DNA from: an uncultured Myxococcales bacterium
GTDB taxonomy: Bacteria; Myxococcota; Kuafuiibacteriia; Kuafuiibacteriales; Kuafuiibacteriaceae
Assembly: GCA_964473255.1 (NCBI GenBank)
Contig: CAYYOT010000012.1
Span: 17,927 to 81,926, forward strand
DNA length: 64,000 nt
Reading direction: 5' to 3'
Part shown: positions 56,559 through 64,000 of the stretch, one piece after another
Layout: each line of letters opens with the position of its first letter
Position numbering within the stretch: position 1 is the first letter of the stretch
Translations under genes and position numbers: made by a program
The notes under the pieces: model-generated
Seen by the model: only the letters and a program-made list of their open reading frames with translations
Told to the model about the DNA's origin: nothing
Databases searched by the model: none

Positions 56559-58052
56559 ATGGATCTCCTGGTCGAGACCCTGCGCGTCGTCCGAGGCATT
56601 CGTGACTGGGCCAACGACCGCTCCCGGCAGTCCGCCGGAGCTCGTCGAACCCGACTAGCCTTGGAGCGCGCAACACGAGCCACCGAGGACGCTTTGGCGG
56701 TTCGAGTCGACGCGGTGGAGCCGCCCGGCCCAGCGAAGCCGCCGGAGGCCGCGCCGCCTCGCCGTCCCCTCCTGGACACCAAGCAGCTCGACCCTCACGC
56801 CGTTTCGGCCGTGCGACGGCTCCAGCGACACGGGCACGCTGCCTACCTGGTGGGGGGCTGCGTCCGGGATCTGCTCCTCGGATTTCACCCCAAGGACTTC
56901 GACGTCTCCACCGATGCTCGCCCGGAGGAAGTCAAAGCACTGTTTCGCAACAGCCGGGTCATCGGACGCCGGTTTCGCCTCGTGCACCTGTACTACCGGG
57001 GGGGCAAAGTCATCGAAGTCTCGACCTTCCGCGCCCAGGCCGAGGCCAACAATGGCGGCGAGGACGACCTCCTGATCCGCCGCGACAACGTCTTCGGAAC
57101 CGAGGAAGAAGACGCGCTTCGACGCGACTTCACGATCAACGGCCTGTTCTACGACGTCGCGAAGGGCCGCATCATCGACCACGTCGGCGGTCTACAGGAT
57201 GTCGAGCAGCGACTCCTGCGAATGATCGGGGACCCCGATATTCGCCTCCGAGAAGACCCGGTTCGGATCCTCCGGGCGGTCCGCTTCGTGGCCAAGGCGG
57301 GCCTTTCCGTCGATCCCGAGCTCGAGACCGGTATCCTCCAACACCGGGAAGATCTGCGGCGGACCGCCCCGGCGCGGCTGCTGGAAGAACTGCTCAAGCT
57401 CCTGCGCTCGGGCTACGCCGCTCGGACCCTGCAGCTCATGGAGCAATGGGGAATCCTCGAGGTCCTCCTCCCCGAGTTGTCCGAGTATCTCGGTGGAGTG
57501 CCGCCGCTGCCGGGTCCCGCGGGCAACGACGCCGACGTGAATCGCGCTCGTCTTTCCGCCCACGTCGAGGCCCTCGATGCCGTCGTCGAACGCATGCCGG
57601 TCGATGACGCGGTCGTACTGGCAGCTCTGGTCGCCGCCCCGTGGGCGGATCTTCAGGAAAACGCGGAGGCCAGCAACGTAGAGCGCAGTCGCGCCGTCGC
57701 CGAGTATATATCGAGGTTCGGTGCTCAGATCTCGCTGACCAAGCGCCTCAACGAGGGCCTGCGACAGAGCTTTTCGCTACAACGGCATCTGGTTCGAGGT
57801 GCGAAGTCTCGACGCCGCCGCCGAGTCTCGCCGGCGGCGCTCGTCCGCCGGCCCTACTTCGCGGAGGCGCTTCATCTGTTCGAGGTCCGCCAACGCGCTC
57901 GCGGGTTACCCGTCGATGACGTCGCCAGCTGGCAGGTCAAGGCCCGTCGGGAGCGGGTCGACGTGGGGCCGCTGCTTCGGCGCGCGCGCCAGGAGCTGAC
58001 CGAGCGAACCTCGACCAAAGAGTCAGACCCGACCGCGACCGAGCTCGACTAG
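56559..58052 (+). CDS. pcnB: poly(A) polymerase I / CCA-adding enzyme family nucleotidyltransferase
   Basis: AYLVGGCVRDLLLG...DFDV...RRDFTINGLFYD head domain. Probable PcnB by length and Arg-rich C-terminus. Confidence 0.7.
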   Translation: MDLLVETLRVVRGIRDWANDRSRQSAGARRTRLALERATRATEDALAVRVDAVEPPGPAKPPEAAPPRRPLLDTKQLDPHAVSAVRRLQRHGHAAYLVGGCVRDLLLGFHPKDFDVSTDARPEEVKALFRNSRVIGRRFRLVHLYYRGGKVIEVSTFRAQAEANNGGEDDLLIRRDNVFGTEEEDALRRDFTINGLFYDVAKGRIIDHVGGLQDVEQRLLRMIGDPDIRLREDPVRILRAVRFVAKAGLSVDPELETGILQHREDLRRTAPARLLEELLKLLRSGYAARTLQLMEQWGILEVLLPELSEYLGGVPPLPGPAGNDADVNRARLSAHVEALDAVVERMPVDDAVVLAALVAAPWADLQENAEASNVERSRAVAEYISRFGAQISLTKRLNEGLRQSFSLQRHLVRGAKSRRRRRVSPAALVRRPYFAEALHLFEVRQRARGLPVDDVASWQVKARRERVDVGPLLRRARQELTERTSTKESDPTATELD

Positions 58053-58165
58053 CTCGCCTTCTTTTCGGCCTGTTCAGCCCGTACGGCCTTGGCCCGCTTC
58101 TTTCGAATGCGGTGCCTGATCTTTCGCTTCATCCTAAGGCGCTTGTGCTTGCTCTTGGATCGCAT
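58049..58165 (-). CDS. 38-aa highly basic microprotein, bS22/DUF1713-like (not in ORF track)
   Basis: ATG 58165 to TAG 58049 encodes [38 protein letters not shown]. The pattern resembles mycobacterial bS22 (KKKHRKLL.RTR.QRR). Confidence 0.45.
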   Translation of the reverse strand: MRSKSKHKRLRMKRKIRHRIRKKRAKAVRAEQAEKKAS

Positions 58166-58228
58166 GGGGTTCGTCCGTGATACGACCTCTGTTCCGGGTA
58201 GGCAACCGCGGTGCCGCGTCGCGCCCGG

Positions 58229-59167
58229 TCAGCGACGGCGCTGCCGGATCCGGTCGAGCAGTGCTTCCAGACGCTGTCGACGAGTTGGCCCCCGCCGCCG
58301 AGGTGAACCGATGGCCGCGGCAGGCGGGCGACGCGCTTCGGCCTTCTCCTCCGCCTGACGCCGGGCCTCCGCCTCGGCCGCTGCCCGGGCCCGTTCCTCC
58401 GCCTGACGACGGGCCTCCGCTTCGGCCGCTGCCCGGGCCTCTTCCTCCGCCTGACGACGGGCCTCCGCTTCGGCCGCTGCCCGGGCCCGTTCTTCCGCCT
58501 GACGCCGGGCCTCCGCCTCGGCCGCTGCCACTTCCTCCGCCTGACGACGGGCCTCCGCCTCGGCCGCCGCCCGGGCCCGTTCTTCCGCCTGACGCCGGGC
58601 CTCCGCTTCGGCCGCTGCCCGGGCCTCTTCCTCCGCCTGACGCCGGGCCTCCGCTTCAGCCTCCGCCCGGGCCTCTTCCTCCGCCTGACGCCGGGCCTCC
58701 GCTTCAGCCTCCGCCCGGGCCTCTTCCTCCGCCTGACGACGGGCCTCCGCCTCGGCCGCTGCCCGGGCCTCTTCCTCCGCCTGACGCCGGGCCTCCGACC
58801 GCACCGGCGCGTCAGCGGCTATGCCTTGCCGCGCATCTCGCAATTGCCGGGCGACGTCCAGAGCAAGCTCGCGCACGGCGTCATTCGACGGGTCTTTGGC
58901 CAAAGCGTTTCGCAGCAGCTGGAGTCCTTCGGCCAGTCGGCCGGCCCGGATGTATGTCTGGGCGAACCGGACCGGATCTTCCTTGATACTCTTTTGGACC
59001 GATAGCTGGCGCCGCAGGTGCTCTTCGATCTGGGTCAGCCGCCCTCGCCATCGCTCGTCATCCGGACGATGCTGGAGCAGAACCAGCACCGTGCCGCGCG
59101 CCCCCCGAAGGTCGCCGGCTCGCAGCTGCTCTAGCGCCTGACGCTCCAGGTCGGCGAAAGTAGCCAT
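58229..59167 (-). CDS. repeat protein with TPR-like N-terminal domain and 16-aa [16 protein letters not shown] tandem repeats
   Basis: Non-repetitive N-terminal domain plus about 10 tandem repeats plus a basic C-terminus. The opposite-strand Pro-rich ORF was judged less likely. Confidence 0.5.
   Translation of the reverse strand: MATFADLERQALEQLRAGDLRGARGTVLVLLQHRPDDERWRGRLTQIEEHLRRQLSVQKSIKEDPVRFAQTYIRAGRLAEGLQLLRNALAKDPSNDAVRELALDVARQLRDARQGIAADAPVRSEARRQAEEEARAAAEAEARRQAEEEARAEAEAEARRQAEEEARAEAEAEARRQAEEEARAAAEAEARRQAEERARAAAEAEARRQAEEVAAAEAEARRQAEERARAAAEAEARRQAEEEARAAAEAEARRQAEERARAAAEAEARRQAEEKAEARRPPAAAIGSPRRRGPTRRQRLEALLDRIRQRRR
58345..58800. repeat. 48-bp tandem repeat, about 9-10 copies
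   Basis: Unit ccgcctgacgccgggcctccgcctcggccgctgcccgggcccgttcct, repeated with minor variants. Confidence 0.7.
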
Positions 59168-59208
59168 GGGGTTTTAGGTACCGTCGACTCGAAGCCCAAA
59201 CAAGGGCT

Positions 59209-59940
59209 TCAGAGAAACATGCGCCCCATCAGCACCACCGAAAAGCGTCCCGTATCCGTGTTGTCGGCGTCGGTATCGATGTTCAGGATCATCATCCGTG
59301 CGGTGCGGGTCGCTTCATAGTCGACGCGGATGCGCACGTTCTCGCCGGGACGCACGAGCGGATCCGAGCTTTCCGGGAGGATCGTGAAGGCCTCGGGATC
59401 GTAGCCCGACGTCGTCGTACCCGCCGGTCCGTAGTTGACGCTGTACACCCGCACGGCCTCGGTCCCGATCGCTTCGAGCTCGATGAAGTCGAACGAATCC
59501 TCTTCCGCGGTCGACGGCGTGAAGACGAGTTGTTGCGGCGTTACTCGCAAGGAGCGAGGCGGGAGTTCGATCCAGGGCTCCGGGTCGGGGAGCCGGGTAA
59601 AGAAGGCGTCCACGAGATCCGATCGTCGGCCCGCGTCGTCGAGGGCCACGGCATGAAGCAGTGTAGACTCGGTAAGACGAATGGGACCGGTGTAGACCGG
59701 AGAGTCGACCGTGGGAAGGCGGCCGTCGAGGGTATACTGAATGGTCGCGGGACGGCTCGCCTCGAGAATCACCACGATGGCTTCGGCGAACTGAGCGCCT
59801 GGCGGGTCGGCCCAAACCTCGAGCTCCCCCGCGCGCTGGGCCGGGTCGGCCTCGTCACCACAAGCGGCGACGACCGCGATGACGACCACGACACGTCCGA
59901 CGATGCTACGCTGAGCTCCGGTCATTGGACCTCCGATCAC
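59209..59940 (-). CDS. lipoprotein with chitobiase/hexosaminidase-C-like segment
   Basis: Lipobox AVVAACG. ATIQYTLDGRLPTVDSPVY resembles a CHB_HEX_C-type domain. Confidence 0.4.
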   Translation of the reverse strand: MIGGPMTGAQRSIVGRVVVVIAVVAACGDEADPAQRAGELEVWADPPGAQFAEAIVVILEASRPATIQYTLDGRLPTVDSPVYTGPIRLTESTLLHAVALDDAGRRSDLVDAFFTRLPDPEPWIELPPRSLRVTPQQLVFTPSTAEEDSFDFIELEAIGTEAVRVYSVNYGPAGTTTSGYDPEAFTILPESSDPLVRPGENVRIRVDYEATRTARMMILNIDTDADNTDTGRFSVVLMGRMFL

Positions 59941-60911
59941 TCATGCAAAACGATTGGTCTCATCCCCACTCGGCCGCCTCCATCATGAAGGAATCCGAGG
60001 CCCGACGACAAGCCTGGGCCCTCCAGGCAAACATCACGGCATTTCGTATCTTCAACGGACGAAACGATGGCGGTCCTGAGGGGATCGCCGTGGACGCCTA
60101 CTCCGACCATCGTGTCGTCTGGCATCGAGAGGAGGCCGATCCGGCCGCGGTCTCGGCGTGTGTCGACTTCGCCCAGCGCGACGGCGCGAGCGTAACACGG
60201 AAGTGCCTTCGGCGAGCAGGTGCGAGCAACAGCCAGCTCGTCGCTGGTTTCGACCCGAAGACGATCATCGTGCAGGAGGGTTCGCTCCGCCTCGCGACCC
60301 GGCCGGCGGCGGGACTACAGACCGGCCTTTTCCTCGACCTACGCCCCGCTCGACGATTCTGCGCGGAGAACGCCAAAGGCCGCAAAGTGCTCAATCTCTT
60401 CGCCTTTACCGGGTCGTTTTCGGCGGCGGCTTTGGTCGGCGGAGCCGAGCAGGTGACGTCAGTGGATGCGTCCCGCAAGAGCCTGGACTGGGCGCGAAGC
60501 CAGGCGACCCTCAATGATTTCGATCCTGACGCCCACCGCTGGTTTTCGGACGACGTCGTCACCATGCTGAAGCGTCAGCACCCGGGACGTTACGACGCGA
60601 TCGTGTGCGATCCTCCCGTCTTCGGACGCGCCGGCAACAAGACTTTTTCCCTGGCTCGCGACCTGAACGTCGTCCTCGAAACGACGGTACGGGCACTCGC
60701 CCCAGGCGGGTGGCTGTTGTTTACCTGGCACGACCCCAAGCTGACCTTCGACGGCGTGACGGCCGGCCTGAGGTCGGCGGCGACGCTCCAACGTCGGGGG
60801 GTGCGAGCCACCTGGCGGTTCGCGCCAGACCCGGACATGCCGGGACTCGACCAGCTCCGCCCCAACGAGGTCTCGGTGGCGGTCGACGGCGCGGCCTACT
60901 TGCTGAACTGA
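59925..60911 (+). CDS. class I SAM-dependent rRNA methyltransferase (RlmI/RlmK-like)
   Basis: VLNLFAFTGSFS motif I and DPPVF motif IV. The start is possibly at the internal Met at about 59985. Confidence 0.6.
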   Translation: MDLRSLMQNDWSHPHSAASIMKESEARRQAWALQANITAFRIFNGRNDGGPEGIAVDAYSDHRVVWHREEADPAAVSACVDFAQRDGASVTRKCLRRAGASNSQLVAGFDPKTIIVQEGSLRLATRPAAGLQTGLFLDLRPARRFCAENAKGRKVLNLFAFTGSFSAAALVGGAEQVTSVDASRKSLDWARSQATLNDFDPDAHRWFSDDVVTMLKRQHPGRYDAIVCDPPVFGRAGNKTFSLARDLNVVLETTVRALAPGGWLLFTWHDPKLTFDGVTAGLRSAATLQRRGVRATWRFAPDPDMPGLDQLRPNEVSVAVDGAAYLLN

Positions 60912-60968
60912 GGCGACAGAGATGGACGGGACGCGGCCGAGCCTCAGGCGCTCGGCCGCTCGACGAAC

Positions 60969-63900
60969 CTAGCGGAAGATACCTTCAGCTCGCTCCGTGA
61001 ATTTACGAAGCATGTTGAGGAAGCCGACTTCGTCGGCGACTCGTGTCCGGGCCTGCTCCCATGCCGTGCATTCCGGCGTGGTGGCCAGCGTCGGCTCTTC
61101 ACCGCCCGCCGAAGCCACGCACGCATCGAGACGCGGCATGTAGACGTTCTCCGTGTACTCGTTCAGGTCGTTCACCAGTTCGGCCGCCACGCTCCACTCG
61201 TGGAACTCGCCCCGGTTACGGCTAGCTCGGTCGCCATAGAAGGCCTCCGGAATTAGCGGCAACAACGTCGGCTCGCGGAACGGCGGGATGATCGGCGCCT
61301 GATACTCGAGCAGCGTCTCCGGATCCTCGAAACTCACCACGTCGGAGTTCACGAAGTCGGTGAAGCCGGGCAGCCCCTCGATCGCCACCTTCGTCAGGCG
61401 GTAGTAGTCGATCGCGTAGTCGGCGCCAGACCAATTCGAGAGGCCAAAGGCCAGCGCGTACAGCCGTAGCGTGTAGTCCCAAGCGGGCTCGATCGCCGGG
61501 TACAGCGGATCACCATTCTCGTCGGTCTCGGTGAGCACCGTCCGTATATTTTCGCCCTCGCGCGGATGTCCGATGGGATACTCGCCCGCCAGGAACGGAA
61601 TCGGCTCCACGAAGCGTAGCGCCTCACCGTCGTCGCCAAGGATCGGCTCGCCGTTCTCATCCACTTCAGGCACGAGACGGGGCCTGTATCCTTCGAAGTC
61701 ACCTCGGATCAGCGCCGAGAACCGCTGGAACACCGGGTCTCGGAAGACTCGGATGTACGGAAGACTGAAGGCACGGCGGTCGAAGATGGCCGACAGATCG
61801 AACTGCAGGAAGCCGGTCGACCGCGTGAGCAGCAGGATGGCGGCCAACTTGTCCCAGAAGGACCCCAGCACCGTCGTGTTGAAGTAGTACTGCTCGTCCC
61901 AGAGATTTCCGAGGTAGGCACCACCTCCGTAGCCGACGGTATTGAGCTCATATGGCTCGCTGCACGTTTCGGTCGCCGCCAGCGACTCCTCGAGGCGGTA
62001 CACGTTGTCGCTGCCGAGACAGTAGGTGCCCGGCTCCGGCGTGTTCAGAATCCGCTCCAGGAAGTTCAGGCCCTTGATCGCCGCCGCGCGCCAGTCGTCG
62101 TACCGCGGCGCCGCGAACGCAGTCTCGCGGGTGAACAGGAAGTACTGGAAGACGTCCGTCATCGGCTTGAACCGCCGGAAAATCACCCGCGACAGATACG
62201 CGTTCGGATTTCCGAATCCGTACCAGGGGTCGCGGTCGCGGCGGAAGTGGTCGAAGAGGAAGTCCCGGTCGTACCGGGTCACGTGGTTCTGAATCTGCTC
62301 TTCGAAGTCCCAGCCCGCATCCCAACGTTGGCAGAACGGGTTGGAGAAGCCTGCAAAAATGTCCGTGCAGTAGGCGTAGTCGACCGCGTGAACGTAGGTT
62401 CCCCAGTCGTAGCCCTTGTCGTCGGGAATGCCGTCACCGTCGTCGTCGATGCCGTTCGTGGCCTCGTTCTCCTCGGTCATGGCGTCGTCGCGCTCCGGCT
62501 GATTCGCGAGGACGCTCCGCTCCTGCTGGATCATGAAGTCGACGGTCCGCAGCATGCGCCCCTCGTAGAGGTTCGTGGGCTTGGAGGGGATGTCGACCAG
62601 GTCGTTTTCACCCTCCAGCGCCTCGAAGATCGGGTTCCAGGCCAAGATGCCCGCGCCGCAGTAGTACTCGATCCCGAGCTGCTCAGCGGTGTTCCCGACG
62701 AAATCCGCCATCTCCTGGAAAAAGTCGTCGAGCTCGGTGTTGCAGCAGCCCGTGTCGAAGTCGGTGCCGGCAGCACCCATGCAGGCATCCGCCGGAAGGG
62801 CGGCGCACTCTTCGCGCGAGGTGTCCGGCGTGACCGGGGCGTTACCGAAAATCTGCGGCAGGTGACGCGGGTCGGTGAAGAACACGAGGGTGTTTAGCTC
62901 GAGGTTCGGCTTACCCACGAAGCCTTCCGTAACCCCGCAGTGCCGGGCGAACTCGCCGTAGCGGCGGGGGTCGGGAAGCGAAACCTTCTCCGGATCCCAC
63001 GCATCGATGAGCTGACCGTACATGAAGCGGATCGCCGCCTGGTCGTAGCTGCCGAGCCCGTGCCACCCATTGATCGTGAAGTCGAAGCCGTAATCCATGA
63101 CGGATGCGTACTTGTACTCCTGCGACCGGACCGAGTTCTCCGGAGTGGGCAAGCCGTCCTCCAGCTGGTCGAAGTACTGGTCCCAGAACTCGGGCCGGTA
63201 GTTGATGGGGTCCATCGAGCCTTCGAAGTTGTGCCGAAGACCCACGGCGTGCCCCACTTCGTGAGCCTGAACCGCCTTGAAGAGGTTGGTCTGGAGGAAG
63301 TCGAAGATGTCTTCGCGCTCCCAGCCCTTCACTTCGTTGGCGAGGCCGTCGACGACGGGGTCGAAGAAGTCCGCCATGTCCCACGCCTGACCACCGAGGA
63401 CCGTGACCGCTTCGCTGTACACATTGTAGTTGTCGACGAAGGCCCAGTTGAGCGGTGAGGCCTCGGCGTACGCCTCGGGGCCGACGCTCCCCGGCATCGT
63501 CGTCGCGCCCGAGGCCGCGATTCCACCCTGACGCGCCCACGCCGGGAGGACGTCGCGCCCGGCGATGGTATTGCCGGTCGCCAGGATTCCCTGGGACGCC
63601 GCCGAGCTGAACAGGCTCGGACCCGCGAAGGCGCGGAGGATGTCATCGGTAATCAGGAACTCTCGCTCGAGCTCCGAGCCAGCGAACATGACCTCGTACT
63701 TTTCGGAATCGGTGAGGCCACCCACGCCGACCGAGCCGCTCCGGTCGCCCGATCCCCCGCTGGTGGCAGGGTTCGACGCCTTGTGGCTGACCGGGTTGCC
63801 GGGAGCGAGGGCGCTCTTGATCTCGTCGGTCAGGTCGTAGCCGTTCGCCGCTCGGTTGGAGAGGACGATGTCGCGGACGTATTGGCCGCGCATGAGCTCC

Positions 63901-64000
63901 TCATCCGAGAGGTCGCCGTTGGTCCACTGCAGTTGGTCGACCGAGCGCTGCGAGATGAGGTCGCCGGCGTTGCTGAAGTAGTTGGCGTTGTTGGCGACGA
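60969..64000 (-). CDS. secreted zinc metalloprotease (zincin HExxH), 5' end outside window
   Basis: HEVGHAVGLRHNF zinc-binding motif. The frame remains open upstream of the track start (63893) to the window edge. Confidence 0.6.
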   Translation of the reverse strand, partial: VANNANYFSNAGDLISQRSVDQLQWTNGDLSDEELMRGQYVRDIVLSNRAANGYDLTDEIKSALAPGNPVSHKASNPATSGGSGDRSGSVGVGGLTDSEKYEVMFAGSELEREFLITDDILRAFAGPSLFSSAASQGILATGNTIAGRDVLPAWARQGGIAASGATTMPGSVGPEAYAEASPLNWAFVDNYNVYSEAVTVLGGQAWDMADFFDPVVDGLANEVKGWEREDIFDFLQTNLFKAVQAHEVGHAVGLRHNFEGSMDPINYRPEFWDQYFDQLEDGLPTPENSVRSQEYKYASVMDYGFDFTINGWHGLGSYDQAAIRFMYGQLIDAWDPEKVSLPDPRRYGEFARHCGVTEGFVGKPNLELNTLVFFTDPRHLPQIFGNAPVTPDTSREECAALPADACMGAAGTDFDTGCCNTELDDFFQEMADFVGNTAEQLGIEYYCGAGILAWNPIFEALEGENDLVDIPSKPTNLYEGRMLRTVDFMIQQERSVLANQPERDDAMTEENEATNGIDDDGDGIPDDKGYDWGTYVHAVDYAYCTDIFAGFSNPFCQRWDAGWDFEEQIQNHVTRYDRDFLFDHFRRDRDPWYGFGNPNAYLSRVIFRRFKPMTDVFQYFLFTRETAFAAPRYDDWRAAAIKGLNFLERILNTPEPGTYCLGSDNVYRLEESLAATETCSEPYELNTVGYGGGAYLGNLWDEQYYFNTTVLGSFWDKLAAILLLTRSTGFLQFDLSAIFDRRAFSLPYIRVFRDPVFQRFSALIRGDFEGYRPRLVPEVDENGEPILGDDGEALRFVEPIPFLAGEYPIGHPREGENIRTVLTETDENGDPLYPAIEPAWDYTLRLYALAFGLSNWSGADYAIDYYRLTKVAIEGLPGFTDFVNSDVVSFEDPETLLEYQAPIIPPFREPTLLPLIPEAFYGDRASRNRGEFHEWSVAAELVNDLNEYTENVYMPRLDACVASAGGEEPTLATTPECTAWEQARTRVADEVGFLNMLRKFTERAEGIFR

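Noticed and set aside
58177-58986. 269-aa plus-strand proline-rich (PPDAGPP) ORF over the tandem repeat
   Set aside because: It is the alternative reading of the same repeat. The minus-strand ORF has a structured non-repeat N-terminal domain and a defined start, so it is favoured, though not with certainty.
1-64000. CRISPR arrays, tRNA/rRNA genes, IS elements or integrases
   Set aside because: No direct-repeat/spacer periodicity, no cloverleaf-like GC-balanced 75-nt segments in intergenic regions, and no transposase or integrase motifs were seen.

Overview
This is a 64-kb, very GC-rich (~68-70%), gene-dense chromosomal segment. It looks like a Myxococcota (myxobacterial) genome, though a HMM/BLAST search would be needed to confirm that. 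The supporting cues are Myxococcus-type cysteine-rich repeats, D/A/P-rich lipoprotein linkers, a Glt/Nfs-like envelope machine, mevalonate-pathway genes and a Myxococcus-type LexA operator. The supplied ORF track uses alternative start codons (TTG and GTG are shown as M) and, because of the GC content, contains many long antisense shadow ORFs. I ignored those. Housekeeping genes include typA, folD-gcvT-gcvH, rplC, rlmE, ybeY, speA, pcnB, dps, apaG and slyX.

The main points of interest are:
- A compact exosortase locus. It pairs an exosortase fused to a CPBP/CAAX-type intramembrane protease with a cognate ~80-aa target that carries a VPEID-like C-terminal sorting signal and whose mature part is only ~20-25 residues. 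A polysaccharide deacetylase lies upstream and a Cys-rich lipoprotein downstream.
- A split SOS mutasome. dnaE2 and imuB lie 6.4 kb apart, no imuA is visible, and each gene is preceded by a near-consensus Myxococcus-type LexA box abutting its start.
- A 7-gene, 4-bp-overlap-coupled operon resembling the Glt/Nfs gliding-motility and spore-coat periplasmic complex (GltD/E/F/G-like).
- A translationally coupled mvaD-PMK-acetyltransferase operon.
- Orphan rplC and nuoD copies.
- An unlisted 38-aa bS22/DUF1713-like basic microprotein convergent with pcnB.
- A 48-bp tandem repeat encoding ([16 protein letters not shown])n.

No CRISPR array, tRNA, rRNA or obvious transposase was seen.
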